Positions 51,498 through 61,416 are shown, numbered from the stretch's first letter. The stretch is 64,000 nucleotides of DNA from Nitrospirota bacterium (GCA_029261165.1 JAJDBV010000068.1:5-64004), one strand, 5' to 3'. A program made the numbers and translations. Notes: a model not told the origin generated them from the letters alone.

Positions 51498-52043
51498 TTA
51501 TGCGGCTTTTCTCTGCGGACCCTCTTCGTGGTGTAGATCCTCATCGTGCCCGAAGGGAATGACCTTTTGGCGACAGACGGGACAATATGAAAAAAAGAGG
51601 AGAGAAGAGATGATCATGAAAAAACCACCTGAGAGGAAGAAATAAAAGGGTCTCCAATTAGAAAAAAGAATTGAAAGACGCTTCGGGCCGGTTACGGGAG
51701 AGAGGCTGGTGGAAATCGGATAAGGGCTTCCGGAGACCTGCCCTTCCATCCTCCTCTCCAGAAGAGCGATCGTTTCGATGATCTCCTCCCTGTTCAAATT
51801 CAGCCTATCCAACTCCCCCCAAAAATCTCGGAGCCTAAGACTCTCCCGATAGTCGACATAGTCTGTGTAGTGACCCGCCTCCAGGTCAATATTTTGACTC
51901 AGGCGGTTATAAAGGAGAGGGACCTCTCCATGGTCCTCAGGATGACTCGGCAAATCGGCTGCCGCAGCAACGCTGCCCCAAACTGCCGTTATGACGATCA
52001 GACAAAGCAAGAGACTCCTTCCCTTCGAGACGACACTCAACAT
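51498..52043 (-). CDS. Hypothetical membrane-anchored protein
   Basis: ATG 52041-43 is preceded by AAGGAGGG. N-terminal signal/anchor, soluble middle, C-terminal TM, then CPVC. No family recognised. Confidence 0.5.
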   Translation of the reverse strand: MLSVVSKGRSLLLCLIVITAVWGSVAAAADLPSHPEDHGEVPLLYNRLSQNIDLEAGHYTDYVDYRESLRLRDFWGELDRLNLNREEIIETIALLERRMEGQVSGSPYPISTSLSPVTGPKRLSILFSNWRPFYFFLSGGFFMIISSLLFFSYCPVCRQKVIPFGHDEDLHHEEGPQRKAA

Positions 52044-52305
52044 CACCGACCCTCCTTTACGGAAATCCTCTAAATAACCCTCCTGACTAAACAAGTCATT
52101 CATGACTGACTGAATAAGCAAATACAATGCCTTGTTTTCTGATAATTCTTTTTGTGTTTGTCTTTATTTTTAGTCACTTATGAGAGAGGACCCTTCACAC
52201 CTGTGGAAAATTTCCACGCATCGTGAAAAAAATAAACACTCAGATTGGAAGAAGTAATCGAAGAACCCCGCCTCAGAGGATTGGGGCTCCGATCGATTTG
52301 CGTGT

Positions 52306-54837
52306 TCAGCCCAGGAAGGGGAGAATAAACACCTTGTGAAGGTTGCGCCATTCCTGCCAGCCTGGAGAGTCACTCCAGGAGATCTTCTCGATAGTGCGCG
52401 CACGATACGATTGAATTTTCACGCCCTGAGACCCCCTAGGAGCCGCTCGCTTCGCCTCAATAACGAGGGCCCCGTCCTCATCGGTCCTATAGACCTGAAT
52501 ATCCTGATTCTCATACTCGGAAACAACTTTCGGATGAGGATGGCCATACCGGTTTCGGCTTCCGACCGAAATAATCGCCACCCGAGGTGAAACCGCCGAA
52601 ACAAACGGACCCGTGGAGGAGCTTCTGCTTCCATGATGCGGAACTTTGAGAAAGATACTCTTTAAGGCATGACCCTCATCTACCAAGGCGCGCTCCACCT
52701 CTCGCTCAATATCTCCGGTAAGCAGGAAGGAAATCCCCTCACGGCCCAGCGCAGGACAATCAAGGCGAAAAACGATTGAATAATCGTTCAGGTTATCCCC
52801 TTTTCGGAAAATTTTATCCGAAGAGGGATTCAAAAAAACAATCTGGCAGCCGTCAATCTCCATCGGAAGATGATCCTCTGAGATGATTCTGGAAGTGACC
52901 TTCTTTTCTCTCACTAAGGCTGAAATTTCCCTGATGAAGGAGGCTTTCCGCGCAATACCATCTGTCCAGACCTCGCCGACCTGAAACTTTCTCAGAAGGT
53001 AGGGAAAACCTCCCATGTGATCCATCTGAGGGTGCGTTCCGACCAGGAAATCTATTTTTCGGATTCCACGCTCCCAAAGATAAGGGGCGATGGCCGAACG
53101 GCCTGCGCGACGCGGCCCCCCGTCGATCAGCATCGTCTTCCCTTTTGGAAATTCAATGAGGGTCGCATCCCCCTGACCAACATCGAGAAAGGTCACACGA
53201 ATTTTTTCCGGAGGGAAGCGTATTCCGCCCCATCCCAAAAAGAAGAGAAAGAAAGCGGCCACCAGGCACATTAACCGTCGCCATGAGGCGCCCTTGACCA
53301 GGAAGGTAAAAAGCAGACCATAAAAAAGAACAAGAGCACTTAGTGGTGGGGAGGCGAAAGAGAAACCGGCTCCTGGGAATTTTGAGAAAAATGCCGCACC
53401 CTGATAATAGAGTGATCCGATCCAATCATGGAGAGAGGGAAACGGAAATCCCTTCTCGATAAAGAGAGAAAACAGCGCCGAGATTAATCCAAAGGGGACC
53501 ATGATCCAACCGGCAAAGGGAACAATGATCAGGTTTGCCAGGAAACCAACCCAACTGAACTGGTGAAAATAATAGAGTGTCAACGGTGCGGTTCCGAGGG
53601 TCGCGCCAAGCGTTGACAAAAAGATAATTCGCCCCGCCTTGATGAGGCGGTTCTCTATACCGGGGACAATATTTTCTCCTTCTTCATTCAAAGCAGGAGG
53701 AAACGCATCCTTCCACCACGTCATCATCAGAAGGATTGAGAGAACGGCCATAAAAGAAAGCTGGAATGAGAGTTCAAACAGGGCCTGCGGTTGAAAAATA
53801 AGTATCAAGAGGGCCGCCAAAGAAAGAGAGCTCTTTGTGTCGCCGCTTCGGCCGATCCAAATCGAAAAAAGGTAGAGCAAGATCATCATCAGCGCACGCA
53901 AAGTTCCAATCCTTCCCCCGGCCAGGAAGGCGTAGATGCTCACAGCGACCCCCGTCAGCAAGGCGGCCCACTGAGAAGGAATCTTCCAGAGAGAAATCCG
54001 AAGTAGAATCGGCTCCGGCATCCGGAGGATCAACCATCGGGTAAGCCCAAAGACAAGGAGAGACACAAAAGCCAGGTGCGACCCCGATACTGCCAGGATA
54101 TGCGCGGTTCCAGACTCGGAAAATGCCTCACGAACCGAATCCGTCAGATATCCCGTCTCTCCGATCACCAACGCCATCAGGAGGGCCGCCGGCGGCCCTT
54201 TCAAAGATTTGAGAATGCGTATTCGGATTTCTTCTCTCCATCCATAGAGCAACTTCAGAACGCCGAGCCCTCCCTCTCCCACCTTTCTGACCTGCTCAGT
54301 ATTGGGGAGGGTGGCGCTCCCCCGCCACCCTCCCCGCTCCCGATAGTCCGCGTACTGAAAGGCGCCAGGATTTTTAAACTGCGTCGGCTTGCGGAGACGG
54401 ACGGTCATCTCAAGCTGATCTCCGTATCGAAACGGGACTTCTTTCTGATAGATCGTCAATTGAAACTTCCCTTTGACTGGATTAAAACCCTCCTCAGAGA
54501 TGACAGCAATCCCCTTCATTCTCAGAACCACGGCCTTAGGGCGATGTTGTAAGGGTCCATCGATTTCGGCAATAAGACGAACCGGTCCCTGGTCGAGATA
54601 CCACCTCAGATCTTCACGGGAATAGGACGTCGACGTTGCCTGATACAGGATAAAACCAAGCAGTCCGATGAGAAAAAGGGGAAAGGATAAAAGGCGGCCC
54701 TTCTTGAAAAGGGTCTCCCATAAAAGAAAGGAAAAGATCAGAATGGAAAGTGTTACGGGAAAATAGGAGAAGACTTCTCCAAAAAAGAGGCCGCCCAGAA
54801 GGGCAATCGTGATCGTGACCAAGGGCCTTTTCACCAT
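52306..54837 (-). CDS. comEC: ComEC/Rec2 DNA internalisation channel with C-terminal metallo-beta-lactamase domain
   Basis: 843 aa polytopic protein, MBL motif FLDVGQGDA...HPQMDHMGG...VPHHGS. Confidence 0.85.
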   Translation of the reverse strand: MVKRPLVTITIALLGGLFFGEVFSYFPVTLSILIFSFLLWETLFKKGRLLSFPLFLIGLLGFILYQATSTSYSREDLRWYLDQGPVRLIAEIDGPLQHRPKAVVLRMKGIAVISEEGFNPVKGKFQLTIYQKEVPFRYGDQLEMTVRLRKPTQFKNPGAFQYADYRERGGWRGSATLPNTEQVRKVGEGGLGVLKLLYGWREEIRIRILKSLKGPPAALLMALVIGETGYLTDSVREAFSESGTAHILAVSGSHLAFVSLLVFGLTRWLILRMPEPILLRISLWKIPSQWAALLTGVAVSIYAFLAGGRIGTLRALMMILLYLFSIWIGRSGDTKSSLSLAALLILIFQPQALFELSFQLSFMAVLSILLMMTWWKDAFPPALNEEGENIVPGIENRLIKAGRIIFLSTLGATLGTAPLTLYYFHQFSWVGFLANLIIVPFAGWIMVPFGLISALFSLFIEKGFPFPSLHDWIGSLYYQGAAFFSKFPGAGFSFASPPLSALVLFYGLLFTFLVKGASWRRLMCLVAAFFLFFLGWGGIRFPPEKIRVTFLDVGQGDATLIEFPKGKTMLIDGGPRRAGRSAIAPYLWERGIRKIDFLVGTHPQMDHMGGFPYLLRKFQVGEVWTDGIARKASFIREISALVREKKVTSRIISEDHLPMEIDGCQIVFLNPSSDKIFRKGDNLNDYSIVFRLDCPALGREGISFLLTGDIEREVERALVDEGHALKSIFLKVPHHGSRSSSTGPFVSAVSPRVAIISVGSRNRYGHPHPKVVSEYENQDIQVYRTDEDGALVIEAKRAAPRGSQGVKIQSYRARTIEKISWSDSPGWQEWRNLHKVFILPFLG

Positions 54838-55070
54838 CAGTCACACTTTCTCAAGGCTAGCTCTGCACCTGAAGATAGGCCGCGACCACCATGGCGATGA
54901 TCATCCCTAAGAAAACGATGAAGACGCAACCGCAGCCCCATCGGTTTGTCGTCACAACACTCTCTTGAATTGCAGTCTTTTTCGACTTCTTCCGCTTGAT
55001 CAAATCGCACCCAAATTTCGACGGGATATTTTGTACCCTGCGAAAAATAACAACCCTCCAGGGAGATCTC

Positions 55071-55439
55071 CTAGATGGCCTCCCTGGGAGGGGATCCCAG
55101 CAATACGGTAAGCTTACGTTTCCGCTGCTTTCGAATGACGATCAGTTCGACCTGATCACCCGGAACCTTCCGCGACATCTCCCGGACAAGGTCTCGAGCT
55201 TTAGACAGTTTTTCCCCATTGAAAGAAATGATCACGTCTCCCTGTTCAACACCTCCCTTTTTTGCCGGGCTTCCGAATTGGACACTCGCGACAAAAACCC
55301 CATTTTGATCACGAATACCAAGCCGCGCAGCCATCTGCGGGGAGAGATCTTGTACACTGATTCCCAGCCACGCACTTGCGGGCAGCTGTATGGCCATCCA
55401 TCCAACAAGAATAAACAGAGAAAATCGACGCATTTTCAT
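55071..55439 (-). CDS. Secreted single-PDZ-domain protein
   Basis: Signal peptide, then LGISVQDL...GVFVASVQFGSPAKKGGVEQGDVIISFNG. Confidence 0.7.
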   Translation of the reverse strand: MKMRRFSLFILVGWMAIQLPASAWLGISVQDLSPQMAARLGIRDQNGVFVASVQFGSPAKKGGVEQGDVIISFNGEKLSKARDLVREMSRKVPGDQVELIVIRKQRKRKLTVLLGSPPREAI

Positions 55440-55530
55440 GCCACCTCAAATCAAATATTCGTGTTGATCATCAGACGGGGATACGATGCCGCGTTCTCAA
55501 TCACGCTCGCTTCGAAAAAGAAGCACTCGA

Positions 55531-55968
55531 TTATTTCAAGCCGAGAAGCTCTACTTCAAAAACCAGGGTCGCGTTGGGGGGGATAACACGTCCGGCACCC
55601 CGTCGGCCATACCCGAGGTCAGACGAAATAGTCAGTTTCCGCTTTCCGCCAACCCTCATCGTCATCACGCCTTCGTCCCAACCCCGGATCACCTGGCCGA
55701 CCCCGATCTGGAACTCAAAAGGTTCTCCGCGGTCGACGGAACTGTCAAACTTGTCTCCATTTTCAAGCCAGCCGGTATAATGGACAACGACCCGTTGCCC
55801 TTTCCTGGGATGCGCTCCTTTTCCCACCGCCAGATCGATATATTGCAACCCGGATGCGGTCTTTTCAATCTTGTCCGCTTTTCCCTTACTCGAAGAAGGG
55901 GCCGTAAAAAAAAGTAAGCCTATTGATACAAGAACGGCTGAAATAATGACGATGCCCTTACGATGCAT
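55531..55968 (-). CDS. FKBP-type peptidyl-prolyl cis-trans isomerase
   Basis: VVVHYTGWLENGDKFDSS...FEFQIGVGQVIRGWDEGV..M.VGGKRKL.I....YG....G.IPPNATLVFEVELL. Confidence 0.85.
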   Translation of the reverse strand: MHRKGIVIISAVLVSIGLLFFTAPSSSKGKADKIEKTASGLQYIDLAVGKGAHPRKGQRVVVHYTGWLENGDKFDSSVDRGEPFEFQIGVGQVIRGWDEGVMTMRVGGKRKLTISSDLGYGRRGAGRVIPPNATLVFEVELLGLK

Positions 55969-55991
55969 TCTCTGATCTCCTTACTGTTCGC

Positions 55992-56078
55992 TGGTGCCGA
56001 AGGGGGGACTCGAACCCCCACGGGGTTGCCCCCACTAGACCCTGAACCTAGCGGGTCTACCAATTTCACCACTTCGGC
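55992..56078 (-). tRNA. tRNA-Leu (anticodon CAG), CCA encoded
   Basis: The minus strand reads GCCGAAGTGGTGAAATTGGTAGACCCGCTAGGTTCAGGGTCTAGTGGGGGCAACCCCGTGGGGGTTCGAGTCCCCCCTTCGGCACCA. It has a 7-bp acceptor, anticodon loop TTCAGGG and a long variable arm, and is close to E. coli tRNA-Leu(CAG). Confidence 0.92.
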
Positions 56079-56114
56079 GGCTGGAAGCCTTCAGACAGGC
56101 TCTTAGAGCCTGTT

Positions 56115-56143
56115 TTTATAGCAGATCGGCCTTGGAGCGTCAA
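56115..56143 (-). promoter_or_regulatory. Sigma70-like promoter for tRNA-Leu
   Basis: Minus strand has TTGACG (56143-38), a 17-nt spacer and TATAAA (56120-15), about 37 nt upstream of the mature 5' end. The leader contains the hairpin ACAGGCTC-taa-GAGCCTGT (56095-56113). Confidence 0.5.
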
Positions 56144-56222
56144 GTTCTCCCATACATTCGGCCATCAAACACTCAAAGAAGATCAATACCCATATTCGTA
56201 CTCATATGGATCAAAAAAGGCG

Positions 56223-56265
56223 AAAAAAATGGCCCGGGGAGAACACAATTTCCCCTCCCCGGGCC
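56223..56265 (-). terminator. Rho-independent terminator of rnpB
   Basis: Minus strand has an 11-bp GC-rich stem, GGCCCGGGGAG-(13 nt)-CTCCCCGGGCC, followed by ATTTTTTT. Confidence 0.75.
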
Positions 56266-56267
56266 GA

Positions 56268-56694
56268 CCAAAGTTACGCATAAGCCGAGTTCTGTTCTCC
56301 GGCAAGGCCGGAGTGATGATCATTTCTCTGGACCGGATGTTACCATCCGGTTCTAGCGACCTAACCCGAACACCTTGGACGGGCCGCCCTTCGTCGCGCC
56401 AGGACAATTTAAAAATCGGCCTGACACGACATGTGTTCCTATTTGGTCTTGCTCCGGGTGGGGTTTACCATGCCTCCGATGTCGCCATCAAAGCGGTGAG
56501 CTCTTACCTCACCGTTTCAAACTTACCTGCTTCGACCTCTCGTTTAAGCGATTGGACGCTGCGGGCGGTTTGTTTTCTGTGGCACTTTCCTTAGGGTCAC
56601 CCCCAGTCGCCGTTAGCGACCACCCTGCCCTTCGGAGCTCGGACTTTCCTCACTCCGCCATGCTGCGAAGCGCGATCACCTGAGCAACTTCAGT
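56268..56694 (-). ncRNA. rnpB: RNase P RNA, bacterial type A
   Basis: Minus strand contains GAGGAAAGTCCGAGCTCC (CR-I/P4), GGGTGGTCGCTAACGGC, GGAAAGTGCCACAGAAA, GGTAAACCCCACCCGGAGCAAG and ACAGAACTCGGCTTAT (P4 3' strand). P1 pairs AAGTTGC with GCGTAACTT. The ends are accurate to plus or minus a few nt. Confidence 0.9.
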
Positions 56695-56701
56695 CATTCA
56701 C

Positions 56702-56730
56702 ATTTTATTCTTTTTTATGACCTTTGTCGA
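56702..56730 (-). promoter_or_regulatory. Sigma70-like promoter for rnpB
   Basis: Minus strand has TCGACA (56730-25), a 17-nt spacer and TAAAAT (56707-02). The predicted start lies 7-10 nt downstream, coinciding with the P1 5' strand. Confidence 0.5.
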
Positions 56731-56757
56731 CCGCGTCATGGGTCAAGGTTATAGATG

Positions 56758-56780
56758 AAAAACCGAAGGTAACACTTCAG
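56758..56780 (-). terminator. Weak terminator-like hairpin after the zinc-ribbon gene
   Basis: Minus strand reads CUGAAG-uguuac-CUUCGG (6 bp including one G-U pair) followed by UUUUU. Confidence 0.35.
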
Positions 56781-56795
56781 ATTGCCTAGATTTTT

Positions 56796-56892
56796 CTTCA
56801 AGGCAAGGCACGAGGAGCACAGAAACGGAACGTATGTCCATACGTGAGGATTCGAGCACTACAGAAACGCAGCCATGGAGGAAAAGATGGGC
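56796..56892. repeat. Intergenic element, copy B (homologous to 33368-33461)
   Basis: The 42-nt core at 56840-56881 matches 33414-33455 at 38/42 positions. The 44-nt 5' flank is about three-quarters identical with small gaps. Copy B lacks the long-range inverted repeat of copy A. Confidence 0.8.
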
Positions 56893-56910
56893 GAGCTGGA
56901 GTGTGACCGA

Positions 56911-57630
56911 TCAGGAAAGGTTGGCGTAGAGCATCCGATGACAATAAGAACAGGTGATGATCTTTTCTTCTTTCTTTACTTCCGCAACAAGTTGAGGCGG
57001 CAGACTAAAGTGGCACCCGCTACAGATGTTTCCTTTCAGGGGAGAAACGGCCAAGCCTTTCCGGCTTGAATACAAGCGCTTGTAATCTTCAAGTAGATCC
57101 TTTTCGATCTGCCCCGCCAAAACCTGCCACTCCTCCTCAAGCCGCTTTGCGCTTTCTGAAATCTGATGAATGCCATTCTCTAGTTTTTTCTTCTCAGAAT
57201 AGAATTTTTTCTCCTCAGCCTCCATGACAGACGCTTTCAGGTCAAGATCCTTCTTCATCACATCACTTTCTTCCATAAGGATCAAGAGCTGCTCTTCGAT
57301 GTTGTCTTTGTCTTTCTCGGCAGCCTCTATCTCCTGAAGATGGGCATGGTATTCCTTATTGGTCTTCAGATCTGTCAACCGGCTCTTCAGCTTAGGAATC
57401 TTTTCCTCTGCGATCTGGAGTTCGAGTTCCTTATCCTTCTTTACTTTATCTACCTGTTCGAGAGAGGCCTTCAATGCCGTGAAGACCGCCCTCGCTTCCA
57501 TGAGCGGTTGCTCGGCTTCCTTCAGTTTTTCGGGGAAATCGTCCTGCTCGTCTTTTTGCTGAGTACGGTCGAGGTCCATCTTCTGGATCTGAACCAAGAG
57601 TGAAATCTGTGCTTTCACATTGTTCTCCAT
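56911..57630 (-). CDS. Coiled-coil protein with C-terminal C4 zinc ribbon (COG1579/DUF164-like)
   Basis: Long heptad-rich region, then CSGCHFSLPPQ...ITCSYCHRMLY. Start set at ATG 57628-30 because the track start (57672) runs into the tRNA gene. Confidence 0.75.
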   Translation of the reverse strand: MENNVKAQISLLVQIQKMDLDRTQQKDEQDDFPEKLKEAEQPLMEARAVFTALKASLEQVDKVKKDKELELQIAEEKIPKLKSRLTDLKTNKEYHAHLQEIEAAEKDKDNIEEQLLILMEESDVMKKDLDLKASVMEAEEKKFYSEKKKLENGIHQISESAKRLEEEWQVLAGQIEKDLLEDYKRLYSSRKGLAVSPLKGNICSGCHFSLPPQLVAEVKKEEKIITCSYCHRMLYANLS

Positions 57631-57663
57631 ATCACGATTGCCTGCAACACGCCGTATAGGGGG

Positions 57664-57737
57664 TGGGCCCACCAGGACTTGAACCTGGGACCAACCGGTT
57701 ATGAGCCGGTGGCTCTAACCAACTGAGCTATGGGCCC
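57664..57737 (-). tRNA. tRNA with anticodon CAT, most likely tRNA-Ile2 (lysidine-modified); elongator tRNA-Met not excluded
   Basis: The minus strand reads GGGCCCATAGCTCAGTTGGTTAGAGCCACCGGCTCATAACCGGTTGGTCCCAGGTTCAAGTCCTGGTGGGCCCA. G1-C72 is paired, so it is not an initiator. C4-G69 and C5-G68, variable loop TGGTC and T-loop TTCAAGT match E. coli ileX rather than metT. CCA is not encoded. Confidence 0.9.
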
Positions 57738-57746
57738 TAAGCCCTA

Positions 57747-59579
57747 TTAGGCGCTCTCAACAAAGCTTTTCAAACGCTTACTCCGACTGGGGTGACGCAA
57801 TTTTCTGAGGGCTTTGGCCTCAATCTGGCGAATCCTTTCCCGCGTCACATCAAAATCCTGGCCGACCTCTTCAAGGGTGTGGTCCGTTGATTCTCCAATG
57901 CCGAAGCGCTTTCGCAAGACCTTCTCTTCACGAGGTGTCAGCGTATGAAGCACCCCATTAATCTGGCGTTGCAGGTCGTAACGGATTGCTGCGTCAATCG
58001 GAGAAATCACCTTTTTGTCCTCAATAAAATCACCCAAATGGGAATCTTCTTCCTCTCCAATCGGGGTCTCCAGAGAGATCGGCTCCTTGGCAATCTTTAA
58101 AATCTTCCTCACCTTTTCAAGTGGAAGTTCCATTTTTTCAGCGATCTCGCCCGGAGACGGTTCGCGCCCCAACTCTTGCACTAATTGCCTTGTTGTCCGA
58201 ATCAGTTTATTGATGGTTTCAATCATGTGAACGGGAATTCGGATTGTCCTCGCCTGGTCGGCAATCGCCCGGGTGATCGCCTGACGTATCCACCAGGTCG
58301 CATAGGTGGAAAACTTATATCCCCGCTTATACTCAAATTTATCCACCGCTTTCATCAATCCAATGTTTCCTTCCTGGATCAGGTCAAGAAACTGAAGTCC
58401 CCGATTCGTATACTTCTTGGCAATACTGACAACAAGGCGGAGATTGGATTCAACCAGTTCGCTCTTAGCAAGTTTTACCTTATGCTCCGTCTGAGAAAGG
58501 TGACGAATCGATTCAACCAAGTGCTCTGCGGGGATCATTGCATACTCTTCCACTTTACGGATCTGCTTTCGCGCCTCGCGATGCGTCTTTTCCATTTTCA
58601 AAATCTGTTCCGATTTAAGGTGGAGTTTGCGTTCGGCGGCACGCATTTCTCTTCGTCCTTTTTTGACCTTGGTAAAGAAAGAACCCAATGTATCCGTCCC
58701 CCCGCACCTTCTTTTACAAAGTGCAATCTCGCGTTGTGATTTGATCACAGCATCCGCCAAAAGGCGAAGCTCTTCGATGACATGATCCATCACATGCGGA
58801 TGAAGGTTGAGCGTCTCGATCTTTTCAATAAGCTTTGTTCTTGTTTTCGTAAGCATCTCCACGGCCAATTCCTTGGCTTTATGACTTCTTCCGGGCCGTC
58901 TTGCCTTTTCAAGGGCCTTATAATATTCCCTCCGGCGTACCTTGATCCGGACCATCGTTTGAAGAGTCTTTTTCTTCATCTCTTCCTTGTCCTGTTCAAC
59001 CACCTCAAATTCATCTTCAGGAATGACAATGACCTCTCCAAGAGAAGCCTCCTCAGAACGTACGCGATCACCCAGAGAGATCACCTCTTGAATTGCCAGA
59101 GGCAGACCAAAGACAATCGTCAGAATGCCCTCTTTCCCTTTTTCAATCCGCTTCGCAATTTCAATCTCACCTTCGCGGGAAAGAAGAGGAACCGTACCGA
59201 TCTCCCTTAAGTAAAGTCGCACCGGATCATCTGTTCGACTCACGACACCCGGCGTCAAATCGATCTCCTTTTCCTTCTCCTCATCTGCCGATTCTTGGTC
59301 TCTCGTTTCAGCTTCCTCAACGCTGTCTATCCCGGCCTCAGACTCTGCAGGCATCCTCCGTGAACGGCCCGCCTCCTCCTGATCGACAACCTCAATATCC
59401 ATTTCCCCGAACATAACCATGATATGATCCAGTTGTTCAGAAGAGAGGACATCACTTGGAAGTGTATTGTTTAATTCCTCATAAGTAAGGAATCCTTTCT
59501 CTTTCCCCAAGGCGATCAACTGCTTCACTTCGTCTAATTTTTCTTCTTTCGGCATGTGTTCTCCATTCACCCCTTTCAT
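57747..59579 (-). CDS. rpoD: RNA polymerase primary sigma factor
   Basis: Regions 1.1-4.2, including [37 protein letters not shown] and [20 protein letters not shown]. Confidence 0.95.
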   Translation of the reverse strand: MKGVNGEHMPKEEKLDEVKQLIALGKEKGFLTYEELNNTLPSDVLSSEQLDHIMVMFGEMDIEVVDQEEAGRSRRMPAESEAGIDSVEEAETRDQESADEEKEKEIDLTPGVVSRTDDPVRLYLREIGTVPLLSREGEIEIAKRIEKGKEGILTIVFGLPLAIQEVISLGDRVRSEEASLGEVIVIPEDEFEVVEQDKEEMKKKTLQTMVRIKVRRREYYKALEKARRPGRSHKAKELAVEMLTKTRTKLIEKIETLNLHPHVMDHVIEELRLLADAVIKSQREIALCKRRCGGTDTLGSFFTKVKKGRREMRAAERKLHLKSEQILKMEKTHREARKQIRKVEEYAMIPAEHLVESIRHLSQTEHKVKLAKSELVESNLRLVVSIAKKYTNRGLQFLDLIQEGNIGLMKAVDKFEYKRGYKFSTYATWWIRQAITRAIADQARTIRIPVHMIETINKLIRTTRQLVQELGREPSPGEIAEKMELPLEKVRKILKIAKEPISLETPIGEEEDSHLGDFIEDKKVISPIDAAIRYDLQRQINGVLHTLTPREEKVLRKRFGIGESTDHTLEEVGQDFDVTRERIRQIEAKALRKLRHPSRSKRLKSFVESA

Positions 59580-59580
59580 G

Positions 59581-61416
59581 TTAATGTGAAAGGGTCAAGT
59601 GACTGAGTTCTTTTTTCAAATCAATATTTTTCTTTTGTAGGGAGTGAACGGTGGAAATGTCCCCTCCCCTTTCGGCCCGCTGAAGACGCTTTGGTATCTC
59701 GTCTATTTCGCACTGAATCTTTTTTTTAAGCAAACCGCTGATGCAATCCTCCCCCGTCCGTTTGATATCCTCGTAGGGAACTTCTTCAATAAGCAGACGG
59801 CTGTAAAGGATGCCTGCGCGCTCATTCATCCGATTGATGTCAATATCATCAGGCACCTGCCACCGCATTTGATCGGCATCCCAATACAAGCTCAGGATCT
59901 CCTGAATTCGGTCATCCGTAAAATCTTCCGGGAGAAGCTTTCCATCAAATGCTGAGGGCTTAAGATCTCCGCTAAGGAGTAAATGCACGATCATCTTTTC
60001 CGCCTGGGGCGGAAGTTTTTCCTGCGACGAGAAAGACGCAGAAGAAGACGCGTCCAGCGCCCGCTTTCTGAAACCGGTTCCGCCCACGACATCCGATCGG
60101 CTCGCAAAGTCTTTCCGTAGCGCGTCTTCCTGAATCCCCAATTCCTCAGAAAGCCGTTTCAGATAGTGGCTCTGTTCAATATGAGTTTTCAAGCCACGAA
60201 TCAAGGGAAAGATCTCATTCATTACTTTCTTTTTGTCCTCAATTGACTTTAAGGAAGACGCTCCAACCAAGCTGGAAATAGAAAAATCAACTAAAGTCGC
60301 CGCTTCCCCAACTTTTTGAAGGAAGGCGTCCTTCCCATGTTTCTGAATATACAAATCTGGGTCTTCACCAGAGGGGAGCGACACGACCGATGCGGGAATG
60401 CCTCTCTCAATAAAGAGCGGCGCCGCCCGCAACGCGGCCCGAATCCCGGCTGTATCCGAGTCAAAATTCAGAATAACTTTCTCGGCCACACGACGGATGA
60501 GGTGGAGATGATCCGGCGTAATGGCCGTCCCAAGTGTCGCAGCCACATTCGGAACCCCGGCCTGGTGCGCCTGAATGGCATCAAGATATCCCTCGACAAC
60601 AATCAGAGAATGAATCCCTTTTGCCTTCGCTTTGTTGATGCCGAAAAGGTGTTTTCGCTTTGTAAAAACAGAGGTTTCAGGCGTGTTCAGATACTTCGGC
60701 AGAGAATCATCAAGCACCCGTCCTCCAAAACCTGCCACTTTTCCCTGGAGCGTTTGAATCGGAAAGAGGATACGGTTTCGAAAACGATCGAAAAAACGAC
60801 CCCTTCCGGTGGTAGATGATGCGGATCCCGACTTTCTTGACACCAGACCCGACTTTTCCATGAGCGCTTCCGGGAACTTCCCGCGAAAAGCCTTTAGGAG
60901 GTTTTCATAACCCGGCAGCGCAAATCCAATCGAGAAGGCTTCGACCGTCTCGCGCGTAATCCCCCTTCCCTTCAGATAAGTCAGGGCTTGCTTCCCTTCC
61001 GGTCTTTGCAGGAGATTATGGTGAAAATAAGCTGCGGCGGCTTCATTGAGTCGATAGATTTCCTCCGCCTCTTTTTTTGCCGGATTCTCCGGGCGCGCCC
61101 CACCCTTCTCGGGAAGAGAAACACCCGCCTTTTCTGCCAGCCTCTGGAGTGCCTCTGGAAAGGGGACCCCTTCAATTTTCATCAGAAACTGAAAAATATT
61201 TCCGCCGACACCGCATCCGAAGCAGTGAAAAATCTGCTTTCCGGGACTTACGGTAAAAGAGGGTGTTTTTTCCTGATGAAAGGGACAAAGACCAATATAA
61301 TTCTGGCCCGCCTTCTTTAAAGACAGATACTCCGAGACCACGGCCATCAGGTCACTCCGATCCCTGACAGTTTCAAGCACTTGGTCGGAGAAATGATTTG
61401 GATTCAAAGGGATCAA
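59581..61416 (-). CDS. dnaG: DNA primase
   Basis: Zinc finger [11 protein letters not shown]...CFGCG, and a TOPRIM domain (VVEGYLD). TTG start. Lies 1 nt upstream of rpoD. Confidence 0.95.
   Translation of the reverse strand: MIPLNPNHFSDQVLETVRDRSDLMAVVSEYLSLKKAGQNYIGLCPFHQEKTPSFTVSPGKQIFHCFGCGVGGNIFQFLMKIEGVPFPEALQRLAEKAGVSLPEKGGARPENPAKKEAEEIYRLNEAAAAYFHHNLLQRPEGKQALTYLKGRGITRETVEAFSIGFALPGYENLLKAFRGKFPEALMEKSGLVSRKSGSASSTTGRGRFFDRFRNRILFPIQTLQGKVAGFGGRVLDDSLPKYLNTPETSVFTKRKHLFGINKAKAKGIHSLIVVEGYLDAIQAHQAGVPNVAATLGTAITPDHLHLIRRVAEKVILNFDSDTAGIRAALRAAPLFIERGIPASVVSLPSGEDPDLYIQKHGKDAFLQKVGEAATLVDFSISSLVGASSLKSIEDKKKVMNEIFPLIRGLKTHIEQSHYLKRLSEELGIQEDALRKDFASRSDVVGGTGFRKRALDASSSASFSSQEKLPPQAEKMIVHLLLSGDLKPSAFDGKLLPEDFTDDRIQEILSLYWDADQMRWQVPDDIDINRMNERAGILYSRLLIEEVPYEDIKRTGEDCISGLLKKKIQCEIDEIPKRLQRAERGGDISTVHSLQKKNIDLKKELSHLTLSH

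Noticed and set aside
56132-56683. ORFs 56132-56356, 56183-56407, 56229-56594 and 56375-56683 as protein-coding genes.
   Set aside because: They overlap the RNase P RNA gene and its terminator. The RNA identification explains the sequence conservation signals, and the ORFs have no motifs.
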